Positions 58,298 through 64,000 of a DNA stretch of 64,000 nt are shown here, in pieces. The stretch lies in NCBI RefSeq assembly GCF_963921235.1, contig NC_086097.1, forward strand, positions 157,358,001 through 157,422,000, given 5' to 3'. Source of the DNA: Mobula hypostoma (Eukaryota). The translations under genes were made by a program, and so were the position numbers. The notes beneath the pieces are model-generated. The model was not told where the DNA came from and did not search any database. It was given only the letters and a program-made list of their open reading frames with translations. Each line of letters starts with the position of its first letter. The stretch's first letter is position 1.

Positions 58298-61200
58298 CTA
58301 GATATCCTGCAATACTATGTTTGGGAAGATTAGAGCTGTCTTCAGCCCCTCCTATTAGCTCTGTTTCCCTTCACTTGATTCCATCTACCTCTCTAGCTAC
58401 AGTCCAAGGCTGCACAAGATTATTTGTAATTATCAGAATTACCCATTAATCAATTACAATCATCTGTTGTCCAATTTCTGTCCTGTGAAATGTATTGGGA
58501 TATATGCCTGGGATAAAAGTGCAACATTAATGCAAGTTGTAGCACTAGAATCCATGCTTATTTACTTAGGAATGGTCTGTTTTTCATTTTAGGGCGTGGT
58601 TATCAAAGATTCATTCAAATTAATCACATGTTTTAGAGTAACCTCACTTGTGCTGCTTTTATTTCTAAACCTGTAAAGCACTGTGGATCAGTCTCTGAAA
58701 ACAACGACTGCAAGTGAAGCAGAACTGTGTATCAAGATGATGATGATGATGAAAAGTTCATCCAAAATATTAGCATATCTTTCAGATAGTGACTGATTAC
58801 CTACTGTGCACTTCCAACAGTGTATGTTATTATTCACAGAATGGGTGGGAGGAAGCTTAGCATTAACAGTGAATTCAACACTTAATCATAATGAAACCAT
58901 TTACTTAAAAAAAATTGTGATGACAATGGCAAGTAGATCAGAGGGAGAGCTGTCTTCATTACTTAAAACAAAAAAGGATGCTGTTTACATTAGATTCATG
59001 GAGGGAGAATATATATTCATACAGTGATGGCGTTAATCATCATTCTGAGCTCCTCTTTCAGAATATGCTTCCAGTTTTGCCAAAACGGCTTTCTTGGGAA
59101 TATGCTATCTGTGTGGCTGAAGGTACGAGCCAAGCAAATTCCCCAAACAAACCATTTGGATACAACAATAAAGTGCTGCATCAATTTGCTGTTTCTCCGG
59201 AGATCGAGGAAAATTTCTACTCTCAGGAGTTAGATAATGACTCATACATAACTCATTTTTTAAACCACGTCTTTTAATATTTCATTGCTTATATGGGGTG
59301 TTGCAACATATCAGTCAAGTTACTGAACTAATAATGAGAAAAAAATAGCACGAGTAAAACAGAAACATGCTCAAATACCACCATATTAATTGGGGAGCCT
59401 ACATTCAGTCATTTAAGTAACATTTGATCCACTACAACCTATCCCTGGCTGATCTCTGAAATGCCCCAACAAACCTAACTTTCTACGACGAGTTCATAAA
59501 GGAATAGAGAATAAATGCGGTCCTTGCCGGTGATGCCTATTTAATATGCAACAACAAAACAGCAACTGAAAAGGCATATCAGAGAGGCATTTAGGATACT
59601 AAGTGGAATAGAAAAGGCTACTATTCCAAGTTAAATCTCAAAGGAATCCAGGTACAAAGTAGTAAAAATGCAAGTTCAGAACTTGTGTCAGGATTGTTTC
59701 TCCAAAAGAACTGAAGACCTGAAACAGCAGTGGATAGCGTAGTACAGGACAATTTTGAGAAGCACTCAAAAGGCAAGTAGATTCTTTGGCAGACAGAAAT
59801 GTTTCATTGAAAGGCAGCACCACATAAGCTCAAGGGATCAACTGCAAAACAATAGTTTCTGTACAGCTAAGCAACACACACAATTTCCAACACCTGCAGA
59901 TTTTCTCCGCTTGTTTCTGTATAGCTACTCAGTCATATGTGTGATCATTGACTCGGCAGGATGATTTTTGTTTTCAACTTCCAAGTAAAACCATAACACA
60001 TAATTTAACCAATGTATAGTGTATGTAAAAATATTTGGGGCAAATATTAGTCAAGTATCAAGAATCAATGAATTGTTAAATAAACTAGTTGTTTCCAAAT
60101 GGGAACATTATAAATAAATTTTAGATTTGGTGACTTTGATCAATGAGTTTATATGTATGTTGAAATCAATAAGGTATTCTTCAAATGGAGAATTTAAAGA
60201 AATTAAGTTTTAGAAGTTGAAATCCAATGAATAATGTAAACAATTTGTGACCACACTACATACTGTATATCCTTACAACAGAGCTACTAAAAGGCTCAAA
60301 ATAAATTATAGTTTTTGTTAAATTATTTTTAGAAGTGATTCTGCAACCTAACTTTCAGATTTAACAATCCACAAAGTATCCAGATCTGATAGGTTGCATC
60401 CTCAAAGTAATTACAGATTCATTTGTTGAGTTCTTTGTAGGAGCACCGTAAACACTTCAGAATTTTTTTTTCCCAAAGAATTAGAGGGCAATGTAGTGAA
60501 GTTGGGAAAATATTGGCCAGACACATCTCATGTTCCATAGTAAAAAATTAGGATAAGCACAGAATTCCAAAGGATTGGACTCTTCGTGATAATTTAACGA
60601 AGTGGAGATCCTCAATGAGAGTCCAGATTATTAAGATATTCAGATGTCAGTTGATTAGGAGCAGTATTTTCAGGAGGTACTTAATAAAGCACCTTCCTAC
60701 TAAAATTTGTGGCATGTGGTAATAGTGTATGTGGAATTCAAGAAGTATAGAAAGCTGAAAGGACACAGTTATCTTAAATACCGAGCATCTGCTTTCTAGT
60801 TATCTAGATGAGGTTTACATAATCAAAAGAGGAATCAAAATTTGATTAATTTCATATAAAATGGTCTTGCAAACTGTGAACTTATATTGGACCTCTTAAA
60901 TTCCAAGAATTGTTTCCTGCTTTATAAGTACAGTAACAGTAAGGTGAAGAATTTAGTTGAAGGCTGGTACATCTGTGAATCCTCCTCCTCCCTTAATTGG
61001 TGCTCGAGTATGGTGTAATGTTTTATAGATGGGGAAGAAGGGAGAGTACATAATGGAGGTCTAAAGGAGACCTGAATTGATAGAGGTAAAGAATGGTAGG
61101 ACTATTGTGCAAGTAAAGAGCCACAGAATGTTGAGCTGCAGAGAATCTATGAGCTCAGAGATGGTCAGGCCAGTGCTCTAGATCATAATGCAAGTAGATG

Positions 61201-61398
61201 CCATGTGTCTTATGCAGACATCTTGCCCCATTCACAGGTCATGCATGTATACATGAATTTTGAAAAGATGACCTCAAAATGCGTGTCAGGCATTGTTTAA
61301 AGCTACACTGCAATATAACTGTGTCATACAAGTACTGCAAACTACACTGACAAATCACAAAAGCTGAATTATTGCAGTTCACAGTGAGGCTTGCTTAA

Positions 61399-61458
61399 AT
61401 GCAAACACGAGGAAATCTGCAGATGCTGGAAATTCAAGCAACACACACAAAATACTGA
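61399..61458 (-). mobile_element. 60-bp PLE terminal tail fragment
   Basis: aaacacgaggaaatctgcagatgctggaaattcaagcaacacac matches the ends at 38774 and 56530. Confidence 0.75.
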
Positions 61459-64000
61459 TTAAATTCCTTTTTTCTTGCACTATCTAAATAATTTCTATGC
61501 TTGCATGCCTTGGAATATTAAAACTGGACATTAGTAAAGGAGAAATAGGTACGGTGCAGACATATGGAGGGGAAGGATTTATACAGATGAAATGCTGAAT
61601 TTTAATAGCTGGTACGCCGAATATAAAAATCAAAGAGAGTGGAACTCAATTTGTACAACACATTGTTAAACTATCATTATAATATTGTGTAGAGTCCCTG
61701 GATCCCCATTACAGGGAGCATTAAACAAAAGATCATGCAAAGCTGAGATTTCCTGGAACTGTCTCATTATGGAGTATGATTACATGGTCTAATGAAGGAC
61801 TCAAAAACCAGAAGCATCTCGCAGTAGAGCAGAGTGTGTTAAGAACGGACATAAAACAGTCAAAATTAAGAAAATTTGACAGACATCATTAAATATTGTT
61901 TCCACTGCCTAACAAATCAGCACAGGTGGTGTATGCATTTTGAATAGTCTCAAAAGAATTAAAAAAGATAAAATATTTTTCTGAGAAATCCAGTCCCTTA
62001 ACAATATTTTATCAGTGTTATGTAATTGAAAGTTGATTCTTCCTACCTTCAACTTCTGAGTGATTTCACATCACACCAGATAAGGCCTTTTGGCATGAGT
62101 CACTTTTGCACATCTAGCACAATTTTCCCTTTAGTCGTACACTGGATGACATGCTTTCCCTGCAGAACTATTTGGGAGCACTGTATAGGGTAACTAAGAT
62201 AAAGCTGTCTGTAATGTAAGCTGTTGTCAGTCATGCTTAAGTATAATATGCTAGATTGGGACACCTATAAACTCGTCTATTACGTATTAAAGTCAATAGG
62301 TTATGTTTCGTAAGTCTACAATTATTCTTTAAGGAGGTAACTTAATTAAAGCATGAGAGCTGTTTTGTTGACATAATTCATTTGCACTTTTAGATGTTGT
62401 ATGATAAAGTCCAATATCAGAAGGGTCTTTAGAAATCAACCAACTACGCACAACAATGATATGGGAATAGAAAACAGAATGCACTGAAAGCCATAAGCCC
62501 TGACTGAGGATAGTAACTTGTACCATTTCATGGCATATGTTCTTTGTCTCTTAATGTTCTGAATATCCATAAGTAAGTAGCAAGGGAAACAACTGGAATA
62601 TAAAGTTTGCTAATGACACCAAACTCTACATGTAGATCATCAGAATGATTTGTAGCCTTCGAGACATTCGAATGAATTAAGTGGATGAGGTAATGAATAT
62701 GAAATTATACATAAATATGAAATAAGACATACACAGTGGGGAGACTATGCTCACAGGACTTGTAAAACTCATGATTAAACACCACATTTAAGGGTAATTT
62801 TCTTAATTCTGCTCCCAGTATGACGATTTGCCTACTGGGAATGTGCATCAGCGATCTACATACACACCCTCCAAAGTATTCTGTCCTTCATATCAATTTT
62901 AGTGATAGAAAAACACAAATTTCCAATGTGAACTTTCAGCAAAATCAAACCAGGAGCACAAGGTCATAAAATCAGCCCTTTAGACTTCCATGTACAATTT
63001 TCATTATCCTACCTTCAACGGTACACTGACACATTGGAGAGAATTCAGGGATGAGCGACTAGGATTATTCTGGGATTTAGGGCTCTATAGATTGAAAAGA
63101 AAACACCAAGATCTGATCTTACTTCCATTGAAGAATTGTCAATTAAGGGACATACAGACAGACACAGATTATTCAACTTTGATTTCAATCATGGAACCAG
63201 CAAACACAAAAACAAATTTATCTAGCACCCCAAAGGAGTGGAGATTTTAAGATTTCTACCCACTGAGACATTAATTGGGTTAGGCAGAACCTACAGGATC
63301 TGGAAAGGAAATATGCCAAATTGACTTTCTATATTCTATGCTGTGCAAATTAAGATCCGGAAATATTAACAATTTATCAGAAATGCAAACTAACTTTTGT
63401 TTATTCAATTGGTGCAGAAGAAGAGTGGGATTTAATACGATAGGATTCTAACACACTGCAGTTTCTGAAACAATATAAATTCTACTCAAGTGAAAATGGT
63501 CTATTCTAAATCTGCAGGCAACAGTTCCCCATAGTTGCTTTTAATATTGGTACAATGTATATAACTTCCTAGAAAACATATTGCCCCAATTACGCTAAAT
63601 AAATCACCCACCTGTATTGAAGACCATGCCTCTGGCAAGACCGCAGAAAAATCTATACAAAACTGTTTTACTATTTGCTTATTTTTAGGATAAGAAGACA
63701 ATATATTTAATCTGTTAGAAATTTTATACCTTGGGCAGCTCACTATAAGTTTGCAAGGTTTGCATTTGTGTCCTTTTCCACAACTGCAAAAAAAAAGTTA
63801 TTCTTCGGTTAACTCCTAACTCACGCAAATCTTCACGTGCCAATCCAGAAAACAAATTGCCAGGAAATTAAGTTGCATTGGAAACATAACCAATTGCATT
63901 GCACTGTTGGCCCAATGAGCAATTTTTTTTTTACTCCATGGAGACACAGTTAAAACTGTGCAGCCTTGGTTCATACTTCCTCCCCCATGTTAGGGAGAAC

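Noticed and set aside
58806..59277. Cluster of short plus-strand ORFs
   Set aside because: No recognisable homology or consistent splice structure; not the large upstream ADGRB1 exon, which must lie beyond 64000.
60300..63200. Possible coding remnants
   Set aside because: Scattered motifs (KFANDTK, ERLGLF) indicate very old CR1 debris; boundaries are too uncertain to annotate.
1..64000. CRISPR array or prokaryotic RT/defence system
   Set aside because: No repeat-spacer array or operon structure; all RT frames are eukaryotic retroelements in an intron-containing vertebrate locus.

Overview
Vertebrate nuclear DNA, most likely a cartilaginous fish such as a ray. The taxon is inferred from the repeat complement and is not proven. 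The only host gene is the 3' end of ADGRB1/BAI1 on the minus strand. It has a 36-nt exon (54937-54902, RRKSRYAELDFE), a 105-nt exon (54805-54701, [20 protein letters not shown]...), a ~17-kb intron, the last coding exon (37645-37448, ending ...[11 protein letters not shown], a PDZ ligand) and a ~0.7-kb 3' UTR with AATAAA at 36733-36728. The ORF track shows only the 105-nt exon, run on into its intron. The rest is mostly transposon-derived: several CR1 LINE subfamilies (two deep nests with target-site duplications), Penelope-like elements (PLEs) and short fold-back derivatives, Rex1/Babar fragments, an RTE fragment, tRNA-derived SINEs and a Tc1 remnant. Two signals stand out. (i) Minimal type I hammerhead ribozyme motifs are carried by the PLE termini; the three best-preserved copies lie in ADGRB1 introns in the sense orientation. 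(ii) An in-frame U_UUA_AAC slippery heptamer sits directly before the ORF1 stop in three divergent CR1 subfamilies, suggesting a -1 frameshift into ORF2. Coordinates of degraded repeats are approximate, and identities were estimated by eye.
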